Below, in pieces: positions 34,695-45,858 of a stretch of DNA of 64,000 nt. Within the stretch, counting starts at the first letter, position 1. The number at the start of each line of letters is the position of its first letter. Where the stretch lies: positions 310,001 to 374,000 of the forward strand of contig CBFDEM010000013.1 of assembly GCA_965603825.1 (NCBI GenBank), written 5' to 3'. The notes under the pieces were generated by a model that saw nothing but the letters and a program-made list of their open reading frames with translations, had not been told where the DNA came from and searched no databases. This stretch comes from Blepharisma stoltei ATCC 30299. Lineage: Eukaryota > Protista > Ciliophora. Both the position numbers and the translations under genes were made by a program.

Positions 34695-37257
34695 CTACTT
34701 CAGACGGCAGTACTGTATATGCGGTTGAGCCTCTACTCAGGCTTCGCTTGGGGAATTGGTGAGAAAGCCTTTTCACCCTGCTCTTTCTTTCTAAGTTGGC
34801 TAAGTAAATGATTTCTTTGACTGACATTGGAGAAATGAGGAACTTCATCCTTGTTATCGGGCTTGCATTATTGGATTGTGTAGGAGTGCGGGTGGAGAGA
34901 GCTCTCATTTCTGATTTTTTGAGGCCTTTTAATTTACAGGTAATTCCTTTAACTTCACTGTGAATAATTGCTGCTTGGCTTAAGCTTTCAGGCTGAGATT
35001 CACTTCTTCTCATCCTACCCATATTTAACTGCATCTTTTCTGTTTTTTGGTCAATTGAGTCAGGATTCTCTTTTATAGTTCTATAAACACTTTTGATTTC
35101 CTCATCAAAAAATTCATTGACCGTAGGAACTTTTTCAACTAACTTGAAACGGCTTTGTGGAGTTTCACTTTCGCTGTCAATTTTCAATTTCTTCTTCATA
35201 CTTTTATGAACTTTCTTGCTTATTCTTACTTCTTTGGCAGAATTCCCAAAAATATCTTGAATTTGTTTGTCATCCAGCTTATTTAAATTTTCATCCTGTA
35301 TTAACTCTGAAGTCGTGTCGCGAATATTTACATATAAATCTACTAATGCTTCATTAACTCTCTGAAAATTTGTTCGGAAAATTTGATGAACTTGCTCATT
35401 CAATTCATCTAAATCTGCTAAAGATCTTTCAGCCCCTGAGTATTTATCTCTTTGAAAAATTTTTGATTTTAAATAAGTCTGCAGTCTATCTCTCTCTAAA
35501 ATTTGTATAAGCATTTTATTCTAAATAAATCTTACTGACTTCACGCTGCTTGCAAAAAGCTTGGCTTCAGAATAAAGCTCAGGGAAAACTCCGAGAAATA
35601 TTTGTGTGATTTCAAAAACTGACAATGGGACTGTTGGCATAATTTCGTCCACGAATTGATCTAAGTTTTTTTTAGGGTCTTCAGCATCTATTTCAGTATT
35701 AAATATTTTTGAGCTTGTTGGAGTAATTCTATTGATTGTTGACTTTCGAACGATATCTGCTTCTCTTTTCTTTCGGCGCTGGAAGCTAGTACCGCCAATT
35801 TGCTGAGGAGTGTTTGCACGCTTGTATCTGGCCTTTTTTAAAGATTCAATAATATCTATAGCTTTATCGTAAATATCAGTTAGAGGAGGGGTTATTTTGA
35901 TACCAATTTGGGCTGCAAGATGAAGAGTTTTGCATGCGATAAATAAAACACTTAATAAAAAGTAATGGATTTTGATAGAGCACATCTCATATTTTACAGT
36001 TTCTTCGTCTAAATTGGTTTCTATTTTTCCATCTAAAAGCGTTCGTGTCAGGTTGTAGGTTGTGTTAGGTCGACTCTGTATCACTTTGATGCCATTCATA
36101 TCTTTTATGCATAGATTTAATTCTTCTTTGATTTTATCGCATTCTATTTGTTTTTCAACATGATCGTTGCTAAGATTGGCGAAAAACAAGCCTAGAGAAG
36201 TCTGCTCTGAATTGCATTTATTTATAGTTTGGATGATATCATTGGTATCATTTTCTGATATTCCTTTACTAAAATCATATACACGCTCCCCTTTGCTCAT
36301 TAGCCTGAGTTACATTTACTTCTCAATTACTTTAAAATTCTCAACATAGTTTTTCAAATTATGGATATTTCACTCGCTATTTCTCCTTATAGAAGAAATA
36401 TTATCTATATCTTGTTCTATATCTTCAAAAATGTGATCATTTTGCTCTCCTCTAGCCTTTTTATTAATTACGTTTTTTGCTACTTTGGCAGTTGCAATTC
36501 TCTCAATAGCCTCATGCATAGCTTCTTCAATATTTTGCTTTTTTTTATACATTGCTCCATATAATGCTTTATAAGACTTTTTCATACCTTTAGTTTCATT
36601 TTTATTATGAACTACATCATTTGTAGCCTGGATAGCCACAGAGTTTGCTAGGAAGTTTGATCTTTTCACATTTTCTTCATGTCTTTGTAAAACTATATAA
36701 GCGTCATGAATTTCTTCAACCCTTTGCTTATAAACGCTCTATATAAGAAATACAATTGATTCTTTGTCTCGCTCAATTTTACTTTGTAAGGTTGTTGACA
36801 CAAAATCTTCTTCATCAGCTTTGAGTTGATAGTCTTTTATTAATTGTGTCAGTTCTAGTAACTTTTGGCTGATTTTGACTGGCGATGATCTTCCTGTAAA
36901 TTTTTGTTTATTATTTCCGTCTTCTCAATTCATTCTTTCTTTCATTTCATATTTTATGTCATTTACTTGCTTTTTGAGTGCCGATAATTGTGATTTCTTC
37001 TTTTGGTTTTCATTAACTAATTTATTTAATCTGCGATTTAATTTGATATTTTCTTCATAGTTGATTCCTTTTCGTTTATCTTCTTGGTCTTTATGCAATC
37101 TATACTGTTCTTCAAGCTCTTTTTCAGTTAATTTAACTTCCTCTTTAATTATTTCGTTTAGATCTTTTACCTCTTCTTTGGAGTTTGAATCGGACATGCT
37201 AAAAAATGACTGGCTGAAGCTTTTGTTTTGGTCTGAATTTGGTGGAGGTTTTAACAT
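34687..37257 (-). CDS. Large coiled-coil hypothetical protein (~841 aa, three 15-nt introns)
   Basis: Four listed ORFs join through TGA 36925 and 36370 and introns 36739-36753, 36305-36319 and 35521-35535. Confidence 0.8.
35521..35535 (-). other. 15-nt intron GTAAGATTTATTTAG
   Basis: Phase 0; terminal TAG is an in-frame stop; A at position 10. Confidence 0.85.
36305..36319 (-). other. 15-nt intron GTAAATGTAACTCAG
   Basis: Phase 2; contains two in-frame TAA; A at position 10. Confidence 0.87.
36739..36753 (-). other. 15-nt intron GTATTTCTTATATAG
   Basis: Phase 0; in-frame TAG; A at position 10. Confidence 0.87.
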
Positions 37258-37485
37258 TTATGCTTTATTTAATTTTTAGTGTAAATGTTAAAATGTGAAA
37301 ATGAATGAAATGAATGATGGAACATTCAATAAATTTTATTAAGCTATTTAAATTATTAATTAGTTGAAATAATAATTTTATTCTGAATCAGTATAAATTA
37401 GTTGCAAGTCATATTAACAGAAATTAAATTTATATTATAACTAGAATTTTTATATTTGAATGACAAAATGCAACGCTATAATAAT

Positions 37486-37938
37486 TTAATAGTCTGATTT
37501 TTCATAAGAGACTATTTGCTGCATAAAATCAAAGACATCTGTTTTGTATATACACAAAACGATATCGCTTCGCTGAAGCGTTTTTCTTTTGCTTTCTTGA
37601 GTATGCACCCAAGCCCTATGAGTTAGCTCAATTATAAATAATTCACAAGCTTTACCGAATACAGCAGGAGTTTCAGCGCTAATCATCCTGACATCTTCAT
37701 CGGATTTCATTATCTTTTTAACTCTTGAAAGAGGCAGATGATGCTGATTTAAATCTTGATGTAGAATTTCATCTAACTGAGATTTTATCAATTTATCAAC
37801 ACTGTCGTCTAAACTGTTCTTAGGCTGCTCATCAGAAGGATTGAAATTTACAGAATTCAGATTAGAGGAGATTCCAGAAGGCATCGGGTATAAATCAAAT
37901 AAAGGAATTTGTTTAGATTTTTGCTCTCTAGATTCCAT
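37486..37938 (-). CDS. NFYC: Nuclear factor Y subunit C (HAP5) histone-fold protein
   Basis: LPLSRVKKIMKSDEDVRMISAETPAVFGKACELFIIELTHRAW...KRKTLQRSD. Confidence 0.93.
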   Translation of the reverse strand: MESREQKSKQIPLFDLYPMPSGISSNLNSVNFNPSDEQPKNSLDDSVDKLIKSQLDEILHQDLNQHHLPLSRVKKIMKSDEDVRMISAETPAVFGKACELFIIELTHRAWVHTQESKRKTLQRSDIVLCIYKTDVFDFMQQIVSYEKSDY

Positions 37939-38672
37939 TTTTCTCTTTGTCTTAATTCTTGATAATATTTAATTTAGTTAGATTTAGACAAATAGCATTT
38001 AATTTTCGAGTAAAAATTATATTTTTAGCAATGGAAAGATAAATAAATTTTTGATATATCGAAATTCTTTAATAATTTTTTATATATATTTATTAGCTAA
38101 AATTTATTGAATCCTCCCAATTGCAGCTAATGCTTTCCTTATAATTAATTAAGGCAATCTTTATGAAGCTGCTTGAATGGGGTTATAAATATTTAAATTG
38201 GTAATTGTAATAATTATTTTTATACCTTTAGTATTCAAGTGCTCAATAAAATTGCAAATTCTTAATTGTTCTTTATTGTCGATTCTTGAGATGTCTAAAC
38301 AAAATAAAAATACTGCTTATTAAATTAAGCTCTTATTTTGGATAAAAATCATGTTTATTCTTTTATCATAATTCATTATATAAAATATAAAAATCCCCAA
38401 CAATGGACTCATTTGAAGATAAAATGGAATGCTATCAAATATGAAACTATTCCAAAAACCACGAATTGATTCTAAAATTTTGCGAAAGGAGAGAAAGCAA
38501 TTCTTTTACCATATCTGAAAAGTAGGGTGCTTAAAATGATTCGATAAATAAACATCGCAAAGATTACAATAAAAGAACACCAAGGACTAAGAAAATTCAA
38601 TTCATGAAATTACAAAATCTTAATTGGATATTAGGCAAAATTAATGGTGCAATTCCAAAATAGGATTTGCAT

Positions 38673-39590
38673 ATGGAATTCAATTTTATTAATAAAATTT
38701 GTAGAAGCAAGATGAAAACCATAACTGATTGTGACATAGAAGCTGGATTTGAAGATTGAATGTCAGATGAAGGTCAACTTAATCAAAAATCCTTAGCAAA
38801 TTTTGATAATGAAGGCAGCACTCAATCATCGACAAGTGCAGCAATTATAGCAAACTTAACTAAAGGAAGGAAAAAATCAGGTCGAAGCCCAGGGCATGAC
38901 ACTCTGTTGCTTTCTTGTTTCAAAAGCCATAAAAATCCTAATAAACCACCAAAAAAAGAGTATTTAAGGTGCCAGCTTATTCGGCACCACAAAAAGCTAA
39001 ACCGTTGTATCAAAGACATTAATTGTCCAGATAAAAATATGGGCAATTTTAACAGATATAATGAAGAAGCTTGCAGATTATATGAGATTTTAAAGAATAT
39101 TTTTGAAAAAAATCAAAATATCCTTGAAGTAGAATCGCAGACAGAATCTGGACCAATGACTGATGGTAGAAGTAAAAGAAATACAAATGAGGAGCAAGCC
39201 GAAAAAAGTTATAACACTAAATATATTCAATCCTATTTCAGAAATGAAGCAGTTAAACAATCGTTTTTTTATTTCGTAGAGTTGGTATTTTCTGACTCCA
39301 ATCCACAAATTTTGTGTGAGAAATTCGGGTTTTGCTGCTGCTTATCGCAGACTTTGCAGGAGCATAGTGATTCATGCTTCGAAAATTGGGAGAATCTTAA
39401 AATATATGTGCAAATTAAAATGCTTGAGGATTTGAAAATCGATGCTTGGAAGCCAGAAGGTTTCGTTCCAAAAAAAGCGGCAAAAAAACTAAGAGAGCAA
39501 AGCCCTGCAATATTTGAATTTGAAGATGAAACCCTCTTGCAATTTAATGCGGATCCAGAAGAAACAGATATTGGGAATTACAAGATTTAA
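38673..39590 (+). CDS. Hypothetical protein with PPKKEYLRCQLIR and CCC..H...C...W motifs (start may be 38673, 38712 or 38760)
   Basis: 276-aa ORF extends upstream through TGA 38757-38759 to in-frame ATGs at 38712 and 38673. Confidence 0.7.
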
Positions 39591-40416
39591 ATTTCTTATA
39601 GAAAAGGTTTAATAATTAAAATTATTATGAGTCATTATAAGTTATAGCCCCTTCCCTCAAATAGATTTGTTTTTAAAGTTTTTAGCATATTCATTATATG
39701 TAGAGACCTTAGGTTTTTTTGAATATTCACTTTTAATAGCGGATAATGAATTTTCATGGCTTAGGAAATTCTTTTAATTTGAAAATAAAAGTTTAAAAAT
39801 GCTCAAGCTATCAGTAAATCAATTAATATGAATGCATTTTGGTTTATTGGCTTATTAACATTAATATTCATATTGCTATTTTTAGCATGCAATAAAGCAA
39901 GTTAGCATAGACATTCGTTATAGTTAAAGTTCATAGTTAAATGATTTGCTAAAATAATATATAAACTTTCTATAGCTGATTCAAAGAAAACTTTTAATAA
40001 TCAGAAGTTATTATTATGATTTCAAATTAAATTAAATTAATAAATATCAATATTAAATTAACTTATTCAAATCATCTACCACAGAATTTTCCTATATTGA
40101 TTATTTTGCTATTAAACTTTATTAAATTCATTATTTCTATTTCAATGTCTCAAATTATCAAATTAAATAAGTAATAAATGGACTTGCCCAAATTTTCTTT
40201 ATATTTCCAAGCCTACACTCAAAAATATATTTTTCGAATAGAAAAAATGAAATATAAAAGCATTCGTAAAATTTTCATGTTTATCATATAATTAATAGGG
40301 AATAGAGTTATAATCTAAAGAAATTATAATCGTCTGCAATAATGAAACTTAGACTGATTAAAAATAATGGAACCCTAAATTAAATGTTAGCAAAATAATA
40401 AGTCTATCAATAGAAA

Positions 40417-41700
40417 ATGGCTGATCAACAGACGAGCGAACCTGCAGGCAGTGAGACTTCTAATGAAATAAAATTCAAGTCCCCTAAATTCACACTTTCT
40501 TTGTCCAAAAGTAGAATATTTTCGTACGCGGATTTGCTAGAGGACTATTTTAAAGAGAATGATGAGTCCAGTACCCCAAACTCTTCTAATTCCGTCGTTC
40601 CCGAACACGAGTTTCCTGTCTTTATGCAAAATATCCTAGAAAGACTTGAAAAATATGGCCAACTGGCCCCGAGAAATGATATAGGGTTCCATTCCAAAGG
40701 CAGGAAAAGGCCCAAAATCAATGATCAGAGCCCTGGCGAAGAAGAAGATGCTATGATAGACAATTACGATCTTGACGATAAGTTTATTGACGACGAAGAG
40801 CTACAATACGAGTCAGCTGAAGAAGATGGTAATTTAGATGGCGCGAAAGAAAGCATGTTCTGGGTTGAGACTGATATTAAAACCATCGTTAACACCCCAC
40901 AAAAAAAGCCTAGAAAATCTGTTAGAAGAATTAAGACAAAAACTCCAAGTAAAATTGACTACCAAAGAGAAAATTCCGTTTATTTTGAAAACCTGCCAGA
41001 TGTGGTGAAAGAGCAGATAAATAAGCTTAAAAGCATATATGAGCAAAATGAAAAAAGCGGTGGGCCAAAGAAATCAGTTCCCAAAGGAGTAAATGCGGTT
41101 CTCAATGAAATTCATTCATTAATGAGATCAAAAGATTTGGACCAAGGACTGCTCTGCAAAATCATATCTGAAATGAATAAGGTGAAATATAAAGTGATAG
41201 AAAGAGCTATGAATAAAATTTCAAAGCAAAAAGAAAAAGAAGAAGGTGAAAAAAAATATAAAGATTCGTATAGAGCACTTAAAGAGATGATTGTGAAAAA
41301 CTCAAAAAATGATACATTTAGCTGGAATGATGAGCTGAGGAATCAGTTGAAACAAGTTTTAAAGCTTTTGGAGCAATTCGTCGCTATTTATAATGAATTT
41401 GTGGAACTTTATGTGAAAAAGAACCCTGCAAAGCTGAAATTTGAAGAGGAAGAACAAAAAATCATCACAGATTTGAAAAATATTGCAAATTCCAAGCTCG
41501 ATAATGTGAACTTAAAAGACCGAATTAAAAGAATTGTCCCAGAAAAAATTTCCTCCCAGACCAGCAACATGATAAAGGAAAACGCACTAGGACTGCTATT
41601 TCCTAAAAAGGGCAAACTATTTGAAGCCATAAACTATTGCAGCGAAGATTTTTATTCCAGTAACGAAGATGAGGTGGAGCCTGACAAACAAGAGTCTTAA
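40417..41700 (+). CDS. Ubinuclein/HPC2-like (HUN/HRD domain) histone chaperone subunit
   Basis: ILERLEKYG followed by the acidic motif NYDLDDKFIDDEE. Confidence 0.7.
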   Translation: MADQQTSEPAGSETSNEIKFKSPKFTLSLSKSRIFSYADLLEDYFKENDESSTPNSSNSVVPEHEFPVFMQNILERLEKYGQLAPRNDIGFHSKGRKRPKINDQSPGEEEDAMIDNYDLDDKFIDDEELQYESAEEDGNLDGAKESMFWVETDIKTIVNTPQKKPRKSVRRIKTKTPSKIDYQRENSVYFENLPDVVKEQINKLKSIYEQNEKSGGPKKSVPKGVNAVLNEIHSLMRSKDLDQGLLCKIISEMNKVKYKVIERAMNKISKQKEKEEGEKKYKDSYRALKEMIVKNSKNDTFSWNDELRNQLKQVLKLLEQFVAIYNEFVELYVKKNPAKLKFEEEEQKIITDLKNIANSKLDNVNLKDRIKRIVPEKISSQTSNMIKENALGLLFPKKGKLFEAINYCSEDFYSSNEDEVEPDKQES

Positions 41701-41760
41701 TTATTAACCAAATTGTTAAAATTACCTATCATTTAGTCTAATGGCGATTAATAAGTTTAT

Positions 41761-43587
41761 TTAGGCGTATGCGTCTTCTAATGTTCTGAAGCCAGACGAA
41801 ATGTCGTCAATTAATGAAATAAAGAATCTTTGGACGTTTTCTTCAGCATCTTTAGGATCTACAGAGTCTTTCATCTTGGAAATCTTAACTAATTGGTTCT
41901 TGAGCTGGACTTCAATGACAGCCCATGAAATTTTGTTTTCTTGTGGACTTTCTCTAATAACCTTTTTGGCGAGGTCATGGAAGGTAATAATAGCTCTCAT
42001 CATTCCGATGGTCTTATTTAAAGGTGAGGTATAGTCCATCTTGGAGTATGCGTTTTGTTGTAGGAAATCTTCTCTGATTACTTTGGCAATTTCTAAGGTA
42101 GTTTTTTGGTCTTCAGATAGAGAGTCTTTGCCGACCAGCTGAACGATTTCTTGCAAATCTTCTTCTTCCTGGAGAATTTCTTTGAATTTGGTTCTTAGCA
42201 TAGAAAATTCAGAGTCGAATTTGTCAAAGTAAGATTCAAGCTGTCTTTCGTAGTTACTGAAAGAAATAGACCAGTTGACACTAGGGAAATGCTTTCTTTG
42301 GGCAAGTTTTTTATCAAGACCCCAGAAGACCTGGACAATGTTCAGAGTTGCAGTTGTGACTGGATCAGTGAAATCACCACCAGGAGGACTGACTGCTCCT
42401 ACAATAGAGACTGATCCTTCTCTTGCAGGGCTTCCTAAGCAAGTAACTCTGCCTGCTCTTTCGTAGAACTGTGCTAGTTTAGCTCCTAAATAAGCTGGAT
42501 AACCTGCATCTGCAGGCATTTCAGCCAATCTACCTGAAATTTCTCTCAGTGCTTCTGCCCACCTTGAAGTAGAGTCAGCCATCATACTGACATTGCAGCC
42601 CATATCTCTGAAATATTCAGCCAAAGTAATCCCAGTATAAATAGATGCTTCTCTAGCAGCGACTGGCATATTTGAAGTATTGGCCACCAAGCAAGTTCTC
42701 TTCATAATACTTTCTTCTCTCCCTTTGAAAATTGTTGTCAGTTCAGGGAAATCAGTGAGGACCTCAGCCATTTCATTCCCTCTTTCTCCACATCCGACGT
42801 AAATAATGCAATCTGAATTAGAATATTTTGACAGTGCTTGAGAAATACAAGTTTTTCCACAACCAAAGGCACCAGGAATGGCGCATGTTCCACCTCTGCA
42901 AGATGGGAATAAGGCATCTAGGACACGCTGGCCAGTAAGAAGTGGGACGTTTCCTTGGAGCTTTTCTACGACTGGTCTTGGCATTCTGACAGGCCATTGG
43001 TGGCACATAGAGTAAGATTTGCGTTCACCATTGAATTCAAGCTCAATGACCTTTTCGTTGATATTGTATTGGCCTGGTGGAGCAATAAAAGTGACTCTGC
43101 CTTGAGCTCTTGGAGGAATAAGCAGTCTGTGGTTATCGAAAAGTCCGTTTTCAAAGACCATACCAAATATATCGCCACCACTGATTAAAGACCCTTCTCT
43201 GATGTTTTTTGGTTCGAATTCCCATAGCTTGTTTCCATCTAAGGCTGGGACGTCAACTCCTCTAGGAATAAAGGCACTGTGGTTGCTGTTGATAGCGATA
43301 TCTTTCAATGGTCTCTGAATACCGTCATAGATAGTTTCCATAATGCCAGGGCCAAGTGTGACACTGAGAGGTGAGCCTGTTCTAAGAACTGGGTCACCTA
43401 CAGTGAGGCCAGATGTGTCTTCATAGCATTGAATACTTGCAGTATCTGCTTCGAGCTTGATAATTTCGCCGACCAGCTTATCCCAACCAACTCGCACCAA
43501 TTCAAACATCTTAGCACCTGCCATGCTCTGGGCGACGACTAGAGGTCCTGCTACCTTATAGATTGTTCCGTACTTGTTCTCAGCCAT
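41761..43587 (-). CDS. ATP6V1A: V-type H+-ATPase catalytic subunit A
   Basis: GAFGCGKT P-loop, [22 protein letters not shown] and SPPGGD; no intein at the VMA site. Confidence 0.98.
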   Translation of the reverse strand: MAENKYGTIYKVAGPLVVAQSMAGAKMFELVRVGWDKLVGEIIKLEADTASIQCYEDTSGLTVGDPVLRTGSPLSVTLGPGIMETIYDGIQRPLKDIAINSNHSAFIPRGVDVPALDGNKLWEFEPKNIREGSLISGGDIFGMVFENGLFDNHRLLIPPRAQGRVTFIAPPGQYNINEKVIELEFNGERKSYSMCHQWPVRMPRPVVEKLQGNVPLLTGQRVLDALFPSCRGGTCAIPGAFGCGKTCISQALSKYSNSDCIIYVGCGERGNEMAEVLTDFPELTTIFKGREESIMKRTCLVANTSNMPVAAREASIYTGITLAEYFRDMGCNVSMMADSTSRWAEALREISGRLAEMPADAGYPAYLGAKLAQFYERAGRVTCLGSPAREGSVSIVGAVSPPGGDFTDPVTTATLNIVQVFWGLDKKLAQRKHFPSVNWSISFSNYERQLESYFDKFDSEFSMLRTKFKEILQEEEDLQEIVQLVGKDSLSEDQKTTLEIAKVIREDFLQQNAYSKMDYTSPLNKTIGMMRAIITFHDLAKKVIRESPQENKISWAVIEVQLKNQLVKISKMKDSVDPKDAEENVQRFFISLIDDISSGFRTLEDAYA

Positions 43588-43827
43588 TGCTATTATTATG
43601 CCAACATAAAATCAAGCCTATTAAACTTAAATCCAATGCAGCATTACTCGTGGCAAGTAAGGGAAGGAGATTTTTAGTTGTGAAGGAAGCTATTGATTAT
43701 TGAATAAGGTGATAAATTAATTTTTATGAATTAAAGTAACAGGATGAGCTTGTAAAGCTTTGAGCAAAGCTTTTCAGAGAAATTCGATTAGTAAAGACTT
43801 ATAGATTAAAGGAAGGTATAAAATGTG

Positions 43828-43893
43828 TGTGAGATCAGACGAAAGATGGTAATACCTCATGAGGCGGCAGAGAATTTTATGCATCATTTCACA
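43828..43893 (-). ncRNA. Box C/D snoRNA, predicted guide for LSU rRNA 2'-O-methylation (yeast Am807-equivalent; snR39/snR59/U51-like)
   Basis: Minus strand reads TGTGAA-ATGATGC(C box)...ATTACCATCTTTCG-T-CTGA(D box)-TC-TCACA. Terminal stem TGTGA/TCACA; guide complementary to conserved LSU CGAAAGAUGGUGA. Confidence 0.75.
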
Positions 43894-44064
43894 GTAATTA
43901 TTCAGGTCACTGCTAAAGTTTGCGGTCGACCATTTTATTTATATAAACCATGCATAATGATGAACAATTTCTCATATGCTTAATTTACTTTATTTAAAAA
44001 TAATAGAATTTTTCAATCTTATAATTTTAAAAATTTTATGATCCCTTAAATAAACTTATTATAA

Positions 44065-45150
44065 TTATTGGCTGATGCCTTTGAGAATAGATCTCGCATG
44101 AATTTTTGCATTTATGTGCTTTTCAATATACGAATGCTTCATTGTTTTCATGCAGGACATACAAAGAACTTCATTCAATTTAGGGTTTTTATTTTTTGTC
44201 AGCAGCTTGAAAACACTTTTATCACTTGCCTCAAATAAGTCGTCATCTTTGACATTTTCATCTCCTGCTTCATGGACGTCCTCAGCAATTGACGCAAGCT
44301 TTAATTTTCGTAGCAAAATTCTTTTAGATCTTCTTATCATAAGAGATGATGGCTCACCATAGTCTTGAGAATTATAGCTCTTTACAGAGGCATTATCTTC
44401 TGAGCCTACATCGCTTTGCTTTCTTTCTGATCCTGAATATTCTAAGTTTTCAGGCTCTTCTTTAACAGCTTCTAAGCTTTCTGAAATTTTGTCTGTGCTA
44501 ACAATTGGTGAAGAGATTTCTTCTTCGCTCTCTGGGTTTTTTATTTCTTCCTTTCTCATTTGGCTTTCAAAAATTTCATCTGAGTCTATTGATGAGGATT
44601 CCTGCTTTATTTCTTGAGTATCCGCTGCAATTTCGCATGTAGCATTATCATTCTTTGAAGAACTTTGAACTGTTTCTATTTCTTTATGTAGTTCTTCTTT
44701 TTCATTGATGGGAGGCCGACACATTAAGAAAGGTGATGGCACTTCTATAGTAGGAGGGGGCGATAAGAGATTTAGATTTGATTGATTTTCTGGATTTTTA
44801 GTTATTTTTGTTTGCTCTATCTCTGAAAAGTCGCCAATTTTTTGGATTTTCGTTTTGAAAAGATTTGATGGACTTTGCTGGTCTTCTGAGATTCTTGCTC
44901 TTGGGATTTTCTGTGGTAGCGGGATTGATTGTGATATCTCTAACCTAACTATTTTTCCAAAAAGGTTCTTTCCATTATATCTTCTTATAGATTCATAAGC
45001 ATCTATTTCTGTATTAAATTCGATGAAAGCAAATTTACCCTATATATCTCTTACAAAGTAATTAATCGAGCAAGGCCCAATTTTTCTGAATATATCTTCA
45101 AAAAACTTCTTTTCGAAGGAATCTGGCAAATTTCCTATAAAAACACTCAT
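44065..45150 (-). CDS. RRM protein with acidic linker and C-terminal C2H2/matrin-like Zn finger (~356 aa)
   Basis: RNP2 VFIGNL; RNP1 GKFAFIEF follows intron 45040-45054; CMSC...HINAKIH. Confidence 0.82.
45040..45054 (-). other. 15-nt intron GTAAGAGATATATAG
   Basis: Phase 0; in-frame TAG directly before RNP1; A at position 10. Confidence 0.9.
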
Positions 45151-45858
45151 ATTTATAATCCTTTTTCAAAGAAAGCATTTTTTGATATATATGCTTAAAC
45201 GTTAATCACAATTTAAAAACTTTTTAAATTAAAGATAACAAGTTTTAAAATAAAATAGATAATACAAAAATATTACCTTAAGGCTCAAAAAGACTTTCTT
45301 ATTATAGTAAAGTAATTTCGGATAGGGCTTTACCAAATCAATATTTATCGCTTTCGAAGTTATTGCAAGCAAAAGCATATAAAGAAAATTCTGTTTGATG
45401 ATAAAAGATTGTAGAGAAGCTTTAAAGCTGATTCATAATATTACTAAGCATGTATGCTCAGCAAAACATTTATGTATTCACTTTAATTCGCTTGTGCAAA
45501 TAGAAAAATCATGTAATTAGCTTAGAATATGAAGCAGATGTGCTAAAATAAACTTTCTCGCCCATGAAAGAAAATCTTTTTTTCCAGGTGGTAGCAGAGT
45601 ATGTTTATTGCTCAAATAAACTATCCAAAACATTTCAGAAGTCATGAATTCATCATATGCATTACAAGTAAATGCAACTTGGATGCTATAGATAATTATT
45701 CAATATTATCAAACGTTATTTATCTTGATTTATGAGAAAAAAAGTTAATTAAACCTCATTATAAAGACAACGCCAATTTTTGACCGTTTTATCAGTTTAG
45801 AATTCGAAATAATAAACTTAAACATAAACTTCGCTAACTGAGAAATTAATATTTATAA

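Noticed and set aside
38403-38525. Short ORF MDSFEDKMECYQIW... as an upstream exon of the 38673 gene
   Set aside because: It ends in TAG and no 15/16-nt GT-AG intron links it to the downstream frame.
41761-43587. VMA1-type intein in V-ATPase A
   Set aside because: The [11 protein letters not shown] site is uninterrupted and the length (608 aa) is normal.
43783-43792. Second snoRNA guide (TTCGATTAGT, complementary to LSU ACUAAUCGAA)
   Set aside because: Only 10 nt, with no adjacent D box on that strand.
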